The notes beneath the pieces were generated by a model. It made no database searches, was not told where the DNA came from, and saw only the letters and a list, made by a program, of their open reading frames with translations. Of a stretch of 64,000 nucleotides of DNA, positions 9,749 through 19,337 are shown piece by piece (the first letter of the stretch is position 1; every line of letters starts with the position of its first letter). A program made the position numbers and the translations under genes. Origin of the DNA: a virus; IMG/VR virus record IMGVR_UViG_3300042988_000931, positions 7,470-71,469 of that record; one strand, 5' to 3'.

Positions 9749-11509
9749 CTAGACAGACCTGCCCCCGTCAGCATATCTCCGAGCCAGACGTGTAGCGTTC
9801 TCGACTTCCCCGCCCATGGCATATCTCCTTAATATATCTATAATTTCTGGAGAAAATACCACATAATTCCGCGACCCATCGCCTGCGCCGCGCGAGCCTT
9901 GGTCGAGGTATTTGATGCCGGGGATGCCTGCTTCACGAATCGCTTGAGAAGCATACGCCTGTCTGTCCATGCCAGTCTTTGCTGCGGCGTTTGCCCCTGG
10001 TGTTAGATACAAATCAGCATAAGCAGCTTGCGCGCTCCTATCTGGGATTATTGGAGCGCCGCGAGCTTTTGCATATGCCTCCTGAACCGCTTGATGCTGC
10101 TCACTGAGCGGCTTATCCCAATCCAGGAACTGATGCGGCTCGGCGTTGATGTTGACTTCATACATGTGGCCGTCATTCGTGACGTTCACCTTGCCCCGCA
10201 ACTCTTGAAGCTTGCGGATAATCTCATCTTGTCCCGAACGCGACGCCTGTGCAGGCGTCAGCGTCGCACGATGGGCAATTTCATCTGCTAAGGCTTTCTC
10301 AATGTCCCCGCTATGCGCGCTGATAATATCGTCTAGATAGCTATCGCCGGTCGTTCCAACGCGTCTATTCGCCACAACGAACGGGTTGCCATTAACATCA
10401 ATCTTGTTCGCCAAGTCTCGCTTATATTGCTGAGCGACGCCCTCATTCTCCGCGAAATACAGCCCATGCCCATAAGCCTGAGCGCCCTCGCCCGTGCCAA
10501 TCTTGCTCAGGTCAAAGCGGTCAAATTGATGCGGGCTGCCGTGATAAGCCTTGATGGCCCCAGTCATGGGGATAAAGTTCGACGCCATTTCAACCGGGTC
10601 TTGCTTCATCGGGTCAGGAGCGGCCATCAAAGCCCCGTAACCCATGGTCTTGGCCGCATCATACGCAGCGCCGAGTTTCTCACCGAAATGACCAGACGGA
10701 ATTTCCCGTGTCATAGACGGCGGCAAGGCCATCATCATGTCATTCGGGTCGCTCGTCATATACTGCTTGGCGACGTTGTAGGCGTTCTTGATTGGGTCAG
10801 CCCAGCCGCCGTCCTCGAAATGCTGCGGCTCCGGCCAATCCTGCTCCGGGCTCCATTTGGGATAGGGGTCCTTGCCCGGCTCATAAAACGGACTGCGCCC
10901 CTCGGCCCGCCGCTGCTGTGCGTTCTCCCAAGCAGCGTCGGCAATGTCCTGGTCGGGAGGAACGCCATACTCATCCCGCCAAGGGGGGCGAGGCGTCGAA
11001 GCCGACCTAATCAGCCTGTCGAGCTGCTCTCTCGTCAGCCCCTGCGTGACCGTCGGATATTCTCCAAGCCTGTCCCCAGAGCTATACTCGGAAACCACAT
11101 CGCCATTCGGGGACTTGATAGGCCCATAGAACCCAATGTCCTTGAGTTCCCGGCTGTCCATGCGGCCTGTTTCAGGATTATACCGCGGACCCCAAGGGAA
11201 GCGCATGGGCAGCGCCATGCCGCCATCCGCATAGCCCATCGTCCCCCTCAGCGGGGCCTGCTCTATCGGCTCGGCCTGCGCCTGACCCATATAATGCGGT
11301 GGCGCGCCCTGATAGATGGACTTCGCCACATGCAAAGCCTGACCTATCGGGCCTTTGGCTCCAGTAAAAGGTTCAGCAGCGCCCTGAGCCAGCCTCAGCG
11401 CCTCATTGACGTCCCGGTTCCGGTAGACGTCATACAAGTCACGCGCGCCTTCAGACAGCCTCCTGCCGCTCTCAGCGCCGTATTCCTGTATGTCGTCCCA
11501 GAAGCCCAT
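9749..11509 (-). CDS. Modular protein with C-terminal ADP-ribosyltransferase-like (ART-PolyVal type) domain
   Basis: AYHGSPHQFDRFDLSKIGTGEGAQAYGHGLYFAE...GIPGIKYLD...NYVVF; modules separated by YADGG, FEDGG, YAMGG, YADGG. Confidence 0.75.
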   Translation of the reverse strand: MGFWDDIQEYGAESGRRLSEGARDLYDVYRNRDVNEALRLAQGAAEPFTGAKGPIGQALHVAKSIYQGAPPHYMGQAQAEPIEQAPLRGTMGYADGGMALPMRFPWGPRYNPETGRMDSRELKDIGFYGPIKSPNGDVVSEYSSGDRLGEYPTVTQGLTREQLDRLIRSASTPRPPWRDEYGVPPDQDIADAAWENAQQRRAEGRSPFYEPGKDPYPKWSPEQDWPEPQHFEDGGWADPIKNAYNVAKQYMTSDPNDMMMALPPSMTREIPSGHFGEKLGAAYDAAKTMGYGALMAAPDPMKQDPVEMASNFIPMTGAIKAYHGSPHQFDRFDLSKIGTGEGAQAYGHGLYFAENEGVAQQYKRDLANKIDVNGNPFVVANRRVGTTGDSYLDDIISAHSGDIEKALADEIAHRATLTPAQASRSGQDEIIRKLQELRGKVNVTNDGHMYEVNINAEPHQFLDWDKPLSEQHQAVQEAYAKARGAPIIPDRSAQAAYADLYLTPGANAAAKTGMDRQAYASQAIREAGIPGIKYLDQGSRGAGDGSRNYVVFSPEIIDILRRYAMGGEVENATRLARRYADGGRSV

Positions 11510-11510
11510 C

Positions 11511-11726
11511 TTATGCCACAACCCAGTCTTCAGCGAGTATGTCGGTCTGCGAGGCTAGCCAAGGGACAAAATTGCCATCAGCAGTTTTCATGAAAATATA
11601 AGGAAGCGTCATTTCAGACTCAGAGCGCGGCGGTTGAATATCAATCCACATGCCCTTGCCGTTCCATCCCTCACGGGCAACTCTCTGACCGCGCTTAAGA
11701 GCGCGAATAGCCTCACCAAAATCCAT
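11511..11726 (-). CDS. tad2: DUF2829 / Tad2-like anti-defence nucleotide sponge
   Basis: MDFGEAIRALKRGQRVAREGWNGKGMW...VPWLASQTDILAEDW is the DUF2829 signature. Confidence 0.8.
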   Translation of the reverse strand: MDFGEAIRALKRGQRVAREGWNGKGMWIDIQPPRSESEMTLPYIFMKTADGNFVPWLASQTDILAEDWVVA

Positions 11727-12463
11727 TACTCAGCCGCCTGCTTCTGTTCGTGCTGCTCATGCCAAAGGTCAGCCATTTCGCTGATGCTGCCCTTATATTC
11801 GTACTCGCCAACATGTGTCAGGGCGATGTCTGGGTAGAACCAGAACTTGTGCCCAGCCTCACGCGCATTCCTGAACAGCACCAAGTCCTCGCCAAGGTTC
11901 TTCTCAAAATGGCAGTAGCGCTTGATGGTCGGATTGGCAGCGAACTTCTTGGCGTCCTCTTCGGTTATAATGGCAGTGGCCCTTGGCATCTCATCCAACT
12001 CATGCGTGGACGCAATGTCCTCGAACACCTTGCGGTTAATCTTTACAAATCCCAAACCACCACCAGCAGCAGAGAACGCCCCGCACTCGGTCTGCTCGGC
12101 CTCGCCAATCTCAAACGCAACAGCCCACGCCGCCAGCGTGTTCATGTCCAGGTCCTGCTTGCGGCGATAGACCCCGCCCGCAATCGTCAGGTCGGACTGA
12201 ATGAGCCTAACCGCATCCGCAGGGTTCCAGCCCAAATCATCGTCCACAGCCAATAGGTCGGTAAACATAGGGTTTCTCATAAACGAATCGAAGCACTCGT
12301 TCCGAGCGTAGCTTAAATCAGAACAGCCATGAACTATTTTAACTTGAAATTCTATTCCGGCCCTTGAAAAAGCAACCAACGTTCCAAGCATCGACATACA
12401 ATACTGTCTCGTTGGCTGCCTTGCCATTGGCGTAGCTATCAACACGCATTTCTTCTTAGTCAT
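11726..12463 (-). CDS. GT-A fold glycosyltransferase-like protein
   Basis: VLIATPM...ARNECF...VDDDLGW...GEDLVLF...LTHVG. Confidence 0.7.
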   Translation of the reverse strand: MTKKKCVLIATPMARQPTRQYCMSMLGTLVAFSRAGIEFQVKIVHGCSDLSYARNECFDSFMRNPMFTDLLAVDDDLGWNPADAVRLIQSDLTIAGGVYRRKQDLDMNTLAAWAVAFEIGEAEQTECGAFSAAGGGLGFVKINRKVFEDIASTHELDEMPRATAIITEEDAKKFAANPTIKRYCHFEKNLGEDLVLFRNAREAGHKFWFYPDIALTHVGEYEYKGSISEMADLWHEQHEQKQAAE

Positions 12464-12998
12464 GTCTTGCAAATTCCCCATGTAGTTCCTTCGCCGCCTT
12501 GGCGTAGGCTTCCGCAGCTTGCTCGGGTGTGTCCCAGCGCTTGAGATGTATCACCTTGCCATTGATGCGGATTGTTGCCTGCCATTTTCGCGTCCGCCTG
12601 CAATATGAGACGCCCTTATAGCCGCTCTTATTATTGCTCTGCATCGGCCTATTGCACATGTTTTGCGAATTGGTCGCCTTCCTAAGATTGTCGAAGGCGT
12701 CGTTGCAGATATTTAAATCCTTGTGGTCTATGTGATGGTCAGGCCATTCGCCATTCATGTAAAGCCACGCAAGCCGATTGGACAAATACAGCTTACCATT
12801 TATCATTATTTGCCTTCGTCTATCGGCCCTAAACGACCCGGCCATCTTCCCGCAATATCGCGTGTTCCATGTTTTACACGCCTGCTCATTAGGAAAATTT
12901 GAGAGCGGGCGTTCATTCCATGTGAAGATGCCCGTGGACTGGTCATAGTCCAAGAGTTGACGGACGTATTCTGCTGTGAGATTGTTGTTGTAGCGCAT
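12456..12998 (-). CDS. HNH homing endonuclease with AP2 domain
   Basis: RLAWLYMNGEWP..IDHKD..ICNDAFDNLR; NNKSGYKGVS. Confidence 0.9.
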   Translation of the reverse strand: MRYNNNLTAEYVRQLLDYDQSTGIFTWNERPLSNFPNEQACKTWNTRYCGKMAGSFRADRRRQIMINGKLYLSNRLAWLYMNGEWPDHHIDHKDLNICNDAFDNLRKATNSQNMCNRPMQSNNKSGYKGVSYCRRTRKWQATIRINGKVIHLKRWDTPEQAAEAYAKAAKELHGEFARHD

Positions 12999-13066
12999 AT
13001 CTGTTTACTCCAGTGTTGCGTTAGAAACCCGTCCAGCGTTGGCTCGCTTGGCGGGTTTCGTATACC

Positions 13067-15418
13067 CTAGCTAGGTTTCTTCGCCGTCGCAACCTTTTGT
13101 TTAGCGGCTTGCTTGGCCTGTTCTTCCCTCATTTTGAGGTTGGCCTTGTGGGCTTCGGTCTTTTGTTCTAGGCCCGTGGCATGGGCCTGTTGCTTCATCG
13201 CAATGTCTTGCATGTGGCGCTGTTGATTGAGCTGCATGTCCTGCGCCGTCTTCATCTCCTCACGGCGATTGTCGTGATGAGACAGCATCTGCTCATGCGT
13301 CTGTTGCTCACGCTGCAACTGCGCATCGTGCTGATGAATGACCATCTCACGCTGCAATTTAAGCTTTTCAATCGCCAAATCAGCGTTCCGGTCAGCAGCA
13401 TGGTTCTGAGCATCCAAATGCGTCGTCGCCGCCTTGATGGCCGCGTCCTGCTGCCGAAGCTGCATGTCCTGCTCAGACGTCTTGGCTTTAATCTGAACCT
13501 CAGCCAGTTTGGCCTCTGCCGCCTTGTCAGCAGCCTGCGCCTTCAACATCATGCTCGGGTCGCCCTGCATCGGAGGCGGCGCAACCTTCGTAAACAGACT
13601 GTCAATGTCGCTAATCCCAGCCATCTGCATAACACGGCGGTCAATCGCCATCATGTCATACATGGTCGGGTTGGTCATCGCCAGCTCTCTAACCGCAATG
13701 GCCTTCTGCACCCTTACCGTCTGGCTGGCCGTGTTCGGGTCAGACGCTGGCACCAAGTCATTATTGGCCAGCGCCGCAGACACCTCCTGGCTCGCCAGAG
13801 ACGGGTCACGGTTGCCCCTGATGAGAACCTCCGGGTCTTCCTTGAACAGGTCCCGAAGAAGCTTCAGCTCTTTCTGTTGAGCCTGATGCATCCTCTTGTG
13901 AACAGCGCCAAGTATCTTCTCGGCCTGTTCAATCAGAGCTAACGTCGTTCCTACCGGAGCCGCCTGCCGCCCCTCGCCAACAGCCGTATCGGCCGTTCCT
14001 CCAACGCGCTGCGCTGTATTTGATATGTCCTGTATAAGACCAAGAAAACCAGAAGTGACGTCACGATAAGGAAGCGGAGCAACAACATCTTGTATCCTCC
14101 CACCATTCAAGTCGACGGGTGCAAGCTGCCCCGGAGCCACACGGATATTCGTCGTCTGTTGCCTGCCAGTCTCCCGGCCAATCAGTCCACCTGGGAAGTT
14201 CGCTAACATCCCGTTGTCTAAGGCAATGCGCCACGCAGCAGTAAGAGCCCGAGAAGAGTTACCAAGGATATGAAGCAGACCCAGATTAACACCTTCAAAA
14301 GCCGGCACAAACACATATTCGACGAACACCTCTTTGCGCAGACAGGTCTCGTCATCTTCATCCCACCAGCGGCGTATCTCTAGAACTTCCTTGCTATCCT
14401 TTTCTATCGTCACCCGGTAAGGCAACGGAAGGCCAGTTTCCTTGCCCTTCTCCTTGTGCTCATAGCCGGGCAGGTCAAGCTCGCAATAGCACTCATAAAC
14501 AATGCAATCCCGCTCTTCAGGATACAGCGTGCTCTTGGTCTCAACGCCGCTAATGTTGCTGAGCTTCTCGTCAACAACCCGGCTATCGGCAAGGCTGGGA
14601 TAGGTCAAATCAACATCACGCCACGCGCCGGCAACCATCATGCGCTTGACATGCGACTGAGACAGAACAGACCGATGCGTCACCCGAGGGTTGTTCTCAA
14701 TGCTCACCGCGCCACGAGACAGAATGATGTCCTTGCGGTCTATCATCTGGCTAACAGGGCGCCTTCTAATCGGGCACCAGTAAACCTTCTTATACGCCTC
14801 GCCGCCAAAGCCTAGCGAGAAGAACATCCTATCCGTGTCGGGGTAATACTCAGTCGCCGTGACAGTCAGATAATGATTAAAATCCTTGGCCAGCTTATTG
14901 GCCTGGTCTTCTTCCCGCTGTGTATCATCAGAATCGTCACGGACTTTGACCGGCCCATCTGCAGGTAGCATCTCTCCACGCGCATTCGCCTGGAAGCGCA
15001 GGACGGCTTCCAGAAGCAAAGGGTGGCGTACCACTGACATACCTTCTTCGTTGGGCTCCGGCCGCGGCTCCTCCAGCTTGATGCCCAATATGTCCAATCC
15101 ACGCGAAATATCCTCTAGCCTACGGGACTGGTCCTGCTCATCCGTGTCAATTTTCTTAAGCAAATCATCCGCTATATTGCCCAACGCCCCATCATCGAGG
15201 TGTTCAGCCAAATTAGCTTCATGGTCAGACGCATCCTCAGACGGGCCGCTCAGCGCCTTGCCAATCGTGATGATGACGCCACCATCTGGCAACTCAACGC
15301 GCAACGCCTGGTCTTCAGGCGCAATCGTCGCATCATCCGGTATGTCAACGATGGCGTCGCCCAGCGAGGGGCGCTCATCCTCCGGATGCTGTCTAAGATA
15401 CGGAGGCGGTCTATCCAT
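13067..15418 (-). CDS. Portal protein
   Basis: ~780 aa after TerL; HPLLLEAVLRFQA, GEAYKKVYW, PVGTTLALIEQ, long C-terminal coiled coil. Confidence 0.85.
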   Translation of the reverse strand: MDRPPPYLRQHPEDERPSLGDAIVDIPDDATIAPEDQALRVELPDGGVIITIGKALSGPSEDASDHEANLAEHLDDGALGNIADDLLKKIDTDEQDQSRRLEDISRGLDILGIKLEEPRPEPNEEGMSVVRHPLLLEAVLRFQANARGEMLPADGPVKVRDDSDDTQREEDQANKLAKDFNHYLTVTATEYYPDTDRMFFSLGFGGEAYKKVYWCPIRRRPVSQMIDRKDIILSRGAVSIENNPRVTHRSVLSQSHVKRMMVAGAWRDVDLTYPSLADSRVVDEKLSNISGVETKSTLYPEERDCIVYECYCELDLPGYEHKEKGKETGLPLPYRVTIEKDSKEVLEIRRWWDEDDETCLRKEVFVEYVFVPAFEGVNLGLLHILGNSSRALTAAWRIALDNGMLANFPGGLIGRETGRQQTTNIRVAPGQLAPVDLNGGRIQDVVAPLPYRDVTSGFLGLIQDISNTAQRVGGTADTAVGEGRQAAPVGTTLALIEQAEKILGAVHKRMHQAQQKELKLLRDLFKEDPEVLIRGNRDPSLASQEVSAALANNDLVPASDPNTASQTVRVQKAIAVRELAMTNPTMYDMMAIDRRVMQMAGISDIDSLFTKVAPPPMQGDPSMMLKAQAADKAAEAKLAEVQIKAKTSEQDMQLRQQDAAIKAATTHLDAQNHAADRNADLAIEKLKLQREMVIHQHDAQLQREQQTHEQMLSHHDNRREEMKTAQDMQLNQQRHMQDIAMKQQAHATGLEQKTEAHKANLKMREEQAKQAAKQKVATAKKPS

Positions 15419-15629
15419 TACGCTGCTGTCCCCGGAACAATCCAATAGCTGCCATTGTGCTGCATCACAGCTATCTGGCCCGTGTCGAAGTTAAAGCACA
15501 AGACGATGCCGCTAATGGAGTGTTTCATGCCGGCGCTCCTGCATCGCATCATCAGTCATGGACATCGTTACCTGATGGTTCAAAAAGCCCTCAATGTCAT
15601 CAACACGCTGCTCAAGCGTCGGGCCGTCG

Positions 15630-15884
15630 TCAATCTCCATCGCCTCCAGGTGCTTCTTCGCTCTGGTCAGGGCTAGCCTCCTGCGGGATGCACTGTGCTT
15701 TTGCATTGACAACCTCCCCAAACCGCCCAGTAGCCTGACCAGACACAACAAGCGTCGCCGGCTTGTCCGTCAGCAAATTGCCGGTTTCAGCAACCATCTC
15801 TATATGCTTGCCCATATTCATTAGCTCCAACTTACGCAAAGCCTTCATATGCGCCAATTGCTGCGCCTGTAGCAGCCGGAACAT
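15630..15884 (-). CDS. Hypothetical protein
   Basis: 84-aa ORF in the TerL-portal interval. Confidence 0.4.
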   Translation of the reverse strand: MFRLLQAQQLAHMKALRKLELMNMGKHIEMVAETGNLLTDKPATLVVSGQATGRFGEVVNAKAQCIPQEASPDQSEEAPGGDGD

Positions 15885-15898
15885 GCTGTCGCGCTCGG

Positions 15899-16162
15899 TT
15901 ATGGCTTCACATCCTTAACGACATCCGCATAGACCGGCGCGTTCTTCAGGTCCTTTGTCGCTGCGTTGTAAAGCGCCTCACGCTGCTGCGGATAGGCAAG
16001 CCCCAGCAAGCCAATCAGCTTCTCAGCCTGCAAATGCGTCAGACGAATGCGCTTGTCATCCTGATACAGGTCAATGCCATCCTCATACGGCACAAACCGA
16101 ATGACGGGGATGCTCTTGAAAGCGCCGAGCGGGTCTTCGCCGATTTGTGCTTCGTCAATCAT
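15899..16162 (-). CDS. Hypothetical protein
   Basis: 87 aa, ATGA overlap with TerL stop. Confidence 0.55.
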   Translation of the reverse strand: MIDEAQIGEDPLGAFKSIPVIRFVPYEDGIDLYQDDKRIRLTHLQAEKLIGLLGLAYPQQREALYNAATKDLKNAPVYADVVKDVKP

Positions 16163-17844
16163 GTTTCGTAAAGAGCCTTTGGAGATGACGTATGCATGGC
16201 TGCTTCGACAAATGCCGCCCTCACCTCGGTCTTGCGTTGGAGCAGACCAGCATCGCGAAGGTATTTGATGGCCTGCGTCACAGTGTCGACCTGGTCATCA
16301 TGCGGCGCCTTTGGGAAGAGCTCGCATTCGGTTATGACTTCCTCTGACCATTTGCGGTCTGGCGCGTATATCTGCCCCTCGGCGAATGACGGCGCAACAG
16401 CATGCGCTCTCGCTACCTTGTCAATCCGGCCGGGGTCCACAAGCCTCACACCAAACCCATCAAACCGATGCAGCCTCTTCATCTCCTGCCCGACGCTAAT
16501 GCCGCTGGCCTTGTTCTCGACGAGGAGCAGGTCAACCTTGTATCTCTTGCACGAGTAAGCAACCCACTGTATCAGGCCCCAGCGGTCGCTTGTCCTGAGC
16601 TTCCATTCCCGCTCGCTCTCACTGTCCTTGCGCTCGATGTCCGAGCCGTGCAAGGGCAGGCGCTTCTTCCAAGCGTCCATCAGCATCGCATTCGGGTTTT
16701 CGTTGTCGTCCTGGAATACGCCCCAGATGGACAAGGCCGAATAGTCGTTCTCTTCCTTCTCGCCGAATGCCGTGTCCAGACTGCCAACGATATAGCTCAT
16801 CGCCGGATAGTTCGGGAATACCGCGCCATACTCGGCTGCGCATTCCTCATCATACAGCTGCCACCACTCGCGACGCAGGATTGACCCACCTGCCGGCGTT
16901 GGTCTTTGCTGGAGCTGTCCAGAAGCGCCATAGGGACCGAGGGCCCGCTCAAGGGTTGAGACCTCCTCGTCGCCGAACCGCTCAGGGCAGAGCAGCTCGC
17001 CTTCATATGTGCGCGGGTCTTCCCAGCCTAGGACAGTGTAGCATTTGCGGTCTGCTTCGAAGCGCATGGGCAGCATGAGATGCACCCAATCGTCGCCGCG
17101 GTCGAGGAGATGTCCTGTAAGGTCATCCGAATGAAAGCGCTGTTGCACAACCACGTAAGCGCCGGTCTTGGGGTCGTTGAGGCGGGTCGACATGGCGCTG
17201 TCCCACCAATCGTTCACGCCTGTGCGGATAACCTCAGACTCGGCCTCCATAGCGTTGTTCGGGTCGTCTAGGATAATAAGGTTTGCGCCTTCGCCAGTTA
17301 GAGCGCCGCCAACTGATGTAGCGATGCGATATCCACCTGCTGTCGTATCGAAGCGTTGTTTCTGCGCCTGGTCAGATGTGAGAGCTACGTGAGGCCAGCG
17401 AGCTTGAAACCATGGTGATGTGATGAGGCGTCTAGTCTTGACTGAGTCGCGTATGGAGAGGCTGTTTGCGTAGGATGCGGATAGGATTTGTGTTTGCGGT
17501 CCAGAGATAGGACCTGCCATTGACTGCGCCCATATCCAGGCGCTGAAGCCGACAGAGACGATGCTGCTCTTTGAGGTTCGGGGCGGGATATTGATAATCA
17601 GCCGGCGGATGTCTCCATTCGCTACGGCCTCGAGGTGCTCACAGACGGCATCGACATGCCATGAGTGATGATACGCATTTGGGTCGATGTATTTCCAGCC
17701 CTGGCGGATGAACTCGCTTAGGCTGGCCTCACACGCTTCCTTGCTCTCAAGTATCTCTATCTGGTCCATCAAAGGACGCAGCGTTTGGAGCTGGTTCGGC
17801 GACAAGCTCGATAATTTTTGAAGCCAGTAGCTCTTTGAGCTCAT
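16159..17844 (-). CDS. terL: Terminase large subunit
   Basis: Walker A variant NIPPRTSKS, Walker B LIILDDP, QQRP, nuclease SLDTAF...DYSA...HDDQVD; start uncertain (possibly 17769). Confidence 0.95.
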   Translation of the reverse strand: MSSKSYWLQKLSSLSPNQLQTLRPLMDQIEILESKEACEASLSEFIRQGWKYIDPNAYHHSWHVDAVCEHLEAVANGDIRRLIINIPPRTSKSSIVSVGFSAWIWAQSMAGPISGPQTQILSASYANSLSIRDSVKTRRLITSPWFQARWPHVALTSDQAQKQRFDTTAGGYRIATSVGGALTGEGANLIILDDPNNAMEAESEVIRTGVNDWWDSAMSTRLNDPKTGAYVVVQQRFHSDDLTGHLLDRGDDWVHLMLPMRFEADRKCYTVLGWEDPRTYEGELLCPERFGDEEVSTLERALGPYGASGQLQQRPTPAGGSILRREWWQLYDEECAAEYGAVFPNYPAMSYIVGSLDTAFGEKEENDYSALSIWGVFQDDNENPNAMLMDAWKKRLPLHGSDIERKDSESEREWKLRTSDRWGLIQWVAYSCKRYKVDLLLVENKASGISVGQEMKRLHRFDGFGVRLVDPGRIDKVARAHAVAPSFAEGQIYAPDRKWSEEVITECELFPKAPHDDQVDTVTQAIKYLRDAGLLQRKTEVRAAFVEAAMHTSSPKALYET

Positions 17845-18154
17845 CTACGGAGCGCCCGTCATAGTGATTGATATTGGCCTCTATTGTCTGAGCTGCTTTT
17901 CCCCAGCCTCTGTCCAACATCACAGAGGCAGCCGACACTCTGGCGCTGGGCGGAGCAGATTGGTCTGTCATGACCTCGGCGAGCGTTTCGATGGCTTGCG
18001 GCGTATAAGCCCGAGCTAGGTCACGAACATCCCAGCCCTCGCCATGATAGGCGATTGATTTGCCAGTCCCAGGCGCTCGGCCTTTTGGGTTTCCTGATTG
18101 TCCGGGTTTGAAGGTCACTTGCTTCTTGCCAATCTTAACCTTGTCCTTCGCCAT
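17747..18154 (-). CDS. terS: Terminase small subunit
   Basis: FKPGQSGNPKGR (DUF5681-like) and LDRGWGKA motifs directly upstream of TerL. Confidence 0.8.
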   Translation of the reverse strand: MAKDKVKIGKKQVTFKPGQSGNPKGRAPGTGKSIAYHGEGWDVRDLARAYTPQAIETLAEVMTDQSAPPSARVSAASVMLDRGWGKAAQTIEANINHYDGRSVDELKELLASKIIELVAEPAPNAASFDGPDRDT

Positions 18155-18192
18155 TCATAACTGCTTGTTATGTCTAGCTCAGTGCATTTTAT

Positions 18193-18243
18193 CCGCATAA
18201 TGCGTGATTTTTCTCTTGCACAACTCCACATAATGCGTATGAT
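18193..18243 (+). promoter_or_regulatory. Sigma70-type promoter with two palindromic operators
   Basis: TTGCAC(18216)-16 nt-TATGAT(18238); CCGCATAATGCGT at 18193 and CCACATAATGCGT at 18226. Confidence 0.7.
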
Positions 18244-18271
18244 GGCTACATAGACAAACGGGAGCAAGCAA

Positions 18272-18478
18272 ATGACTTATCACTTCAGCAGCAACACAGT
18301 GAAGCTCAACAAGGGCCACGCCATTAGCAAGCATCAGTCGGCTATCGAATATGCCCGTAAGCTTTTGAAGGTCGAGGGCAAAGAGCCCGTCTACTATGAC
18401 TGGCACAAGCGGACGATTGAACTGAACCGCAAAGCTATCGAAGAAATCTTGGCCCAGCCAGACACCATGTGGAACTAA
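18272..18478 (+). CDS. Small early hypothetical protein
   Basis: GGGAG RBS, promoter upstream, hairpin GGGGC-tcct-GCCCC downstream. Confidence 0.7.
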   Translation: MTYHFSSNTVKLNKGHAISKHQSAIEYARKLLKVEGKEPVYYDWHKRTIELNRKAIEEILAQPDTMWN

Positions 18479-18798
18479 GGGACGGGGCTCCTGCCCCTTC
18501 CTAACCCCTCACCCTAACAAACGCGCGCTTGCGCCACACATAATCTACCGGCGCAGGCTTCTTCGGCTTAGGCTCTCCGCGTCTATCTGGGGGTCTTGAG
18601 CAGAACATAGCAAAGTTTCCGCTTCCGACAACGACATGGGCATCATAGTCAGGTGAGGCCCAGAGGGCTGTGTGGCTCGGGAGCTTCATGGCGTGTATGT
18701 CGCAATGACCATAACAATGAGCACCAGCGTGGCCGTGATGATGAGCCAGTCAATGCAGTGTTTGCCAGGGTCGCCTACGTCCATAGAAGGAGCCACCA

Positions 18799-18984
18799 AT
18801 GACTGAAGACGATATCCCACCTCCTGACAAGCCAGACCCAATCGCCCTCTACATGGCCATATATCAGGTTAGCTTCCCAGAGGCTGTTAGCAGGCTGATG
18901 CAACATGCGCTCGACGGGACAGATTGGCGTGAGGTAATAAGCGCCAAGATTATCCCGTTTCCAACCAAACCGCAAAATAAGTAA
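18799..18984 (+). CDS. Small hypothetical protein
   Basis: AAGGAG RBS, 61 aa. Confidence 0.55.
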   Translation: MTEDDIPPPDKPDPIALYMAIYQVSFPEAVSRLMQHALDGTDWREVISAKIIPFPTKPQNK

Positions 18985-19004
18985 AAACCCCTAGCATTTT
19001 TCTC

Positions 19005-19033
19005 TTGCACGACTACGCATTATGTGGGATAAC
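19005..19033 (+). promoter_or_regulatory. Promoter with operator
   Basis: TTGCAC-17 nt-GATAAC; ACGCATTATGTGG at 19015; shares ATTTTTCTCTTGCAC with the 18216 promoter. Confidence 0.65.
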
Positions 19034-19065
19034 CACATTGTCAGAAGCAAACAGGAGCAACCGAC

Positions 19066-19320
19066 ATGTTCATCTACTTCATCGACACAGACGACAAAGA
19101 GCTGAACTGGTTTGTCGCAGCGCCTAGCCCAGAACGGGCAATCGAGATTTGGCGTAACATCCCCTATATCCACGGATGCAGCCCAGACGCCAGCATAGAA
19201 GTAGAAGCATACCGTATCCCCGCCATTCCATTGGATGGCGTTGAAGAGGGACCGCTTGAATGGTCAAGCAAGTCGCCCCTCGGGATTGTCAGAAGCTTGA
19301 CCGAAACTGCTATAGCCTAA
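19066..19320 (+). CDS. Small early hypothetical protein
   Basis: AGGAG RBS, 84 aa. Confidence 0.7.
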   Translation: MFIYFIDTDDKELNWFVAAPSPERAIEIWRNIPYIHGCSPDASIEVEAYRIPAIPLDGVEEGPLEWSSKSPLGIVRSLTETAIA

Positions 19321-19337
19321 CCAAACAGGAGACTATC

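Noticed and set aside
10427-11593. Long plus-strand ORFs (388 aa here; also 46398-47324, 13181-13942, 48919-49659)
   Set aside because: Antisense shadows of well-supported minus-strand genes in GC-rich DNA; no RBS or recognisable motifs.
18191-18218. dif/XerC-like site (CCGCATAATG)
   Set aside because: No XerD arm follows; the motif recurs as a palindrome inside promoters, so an operator explains it better.
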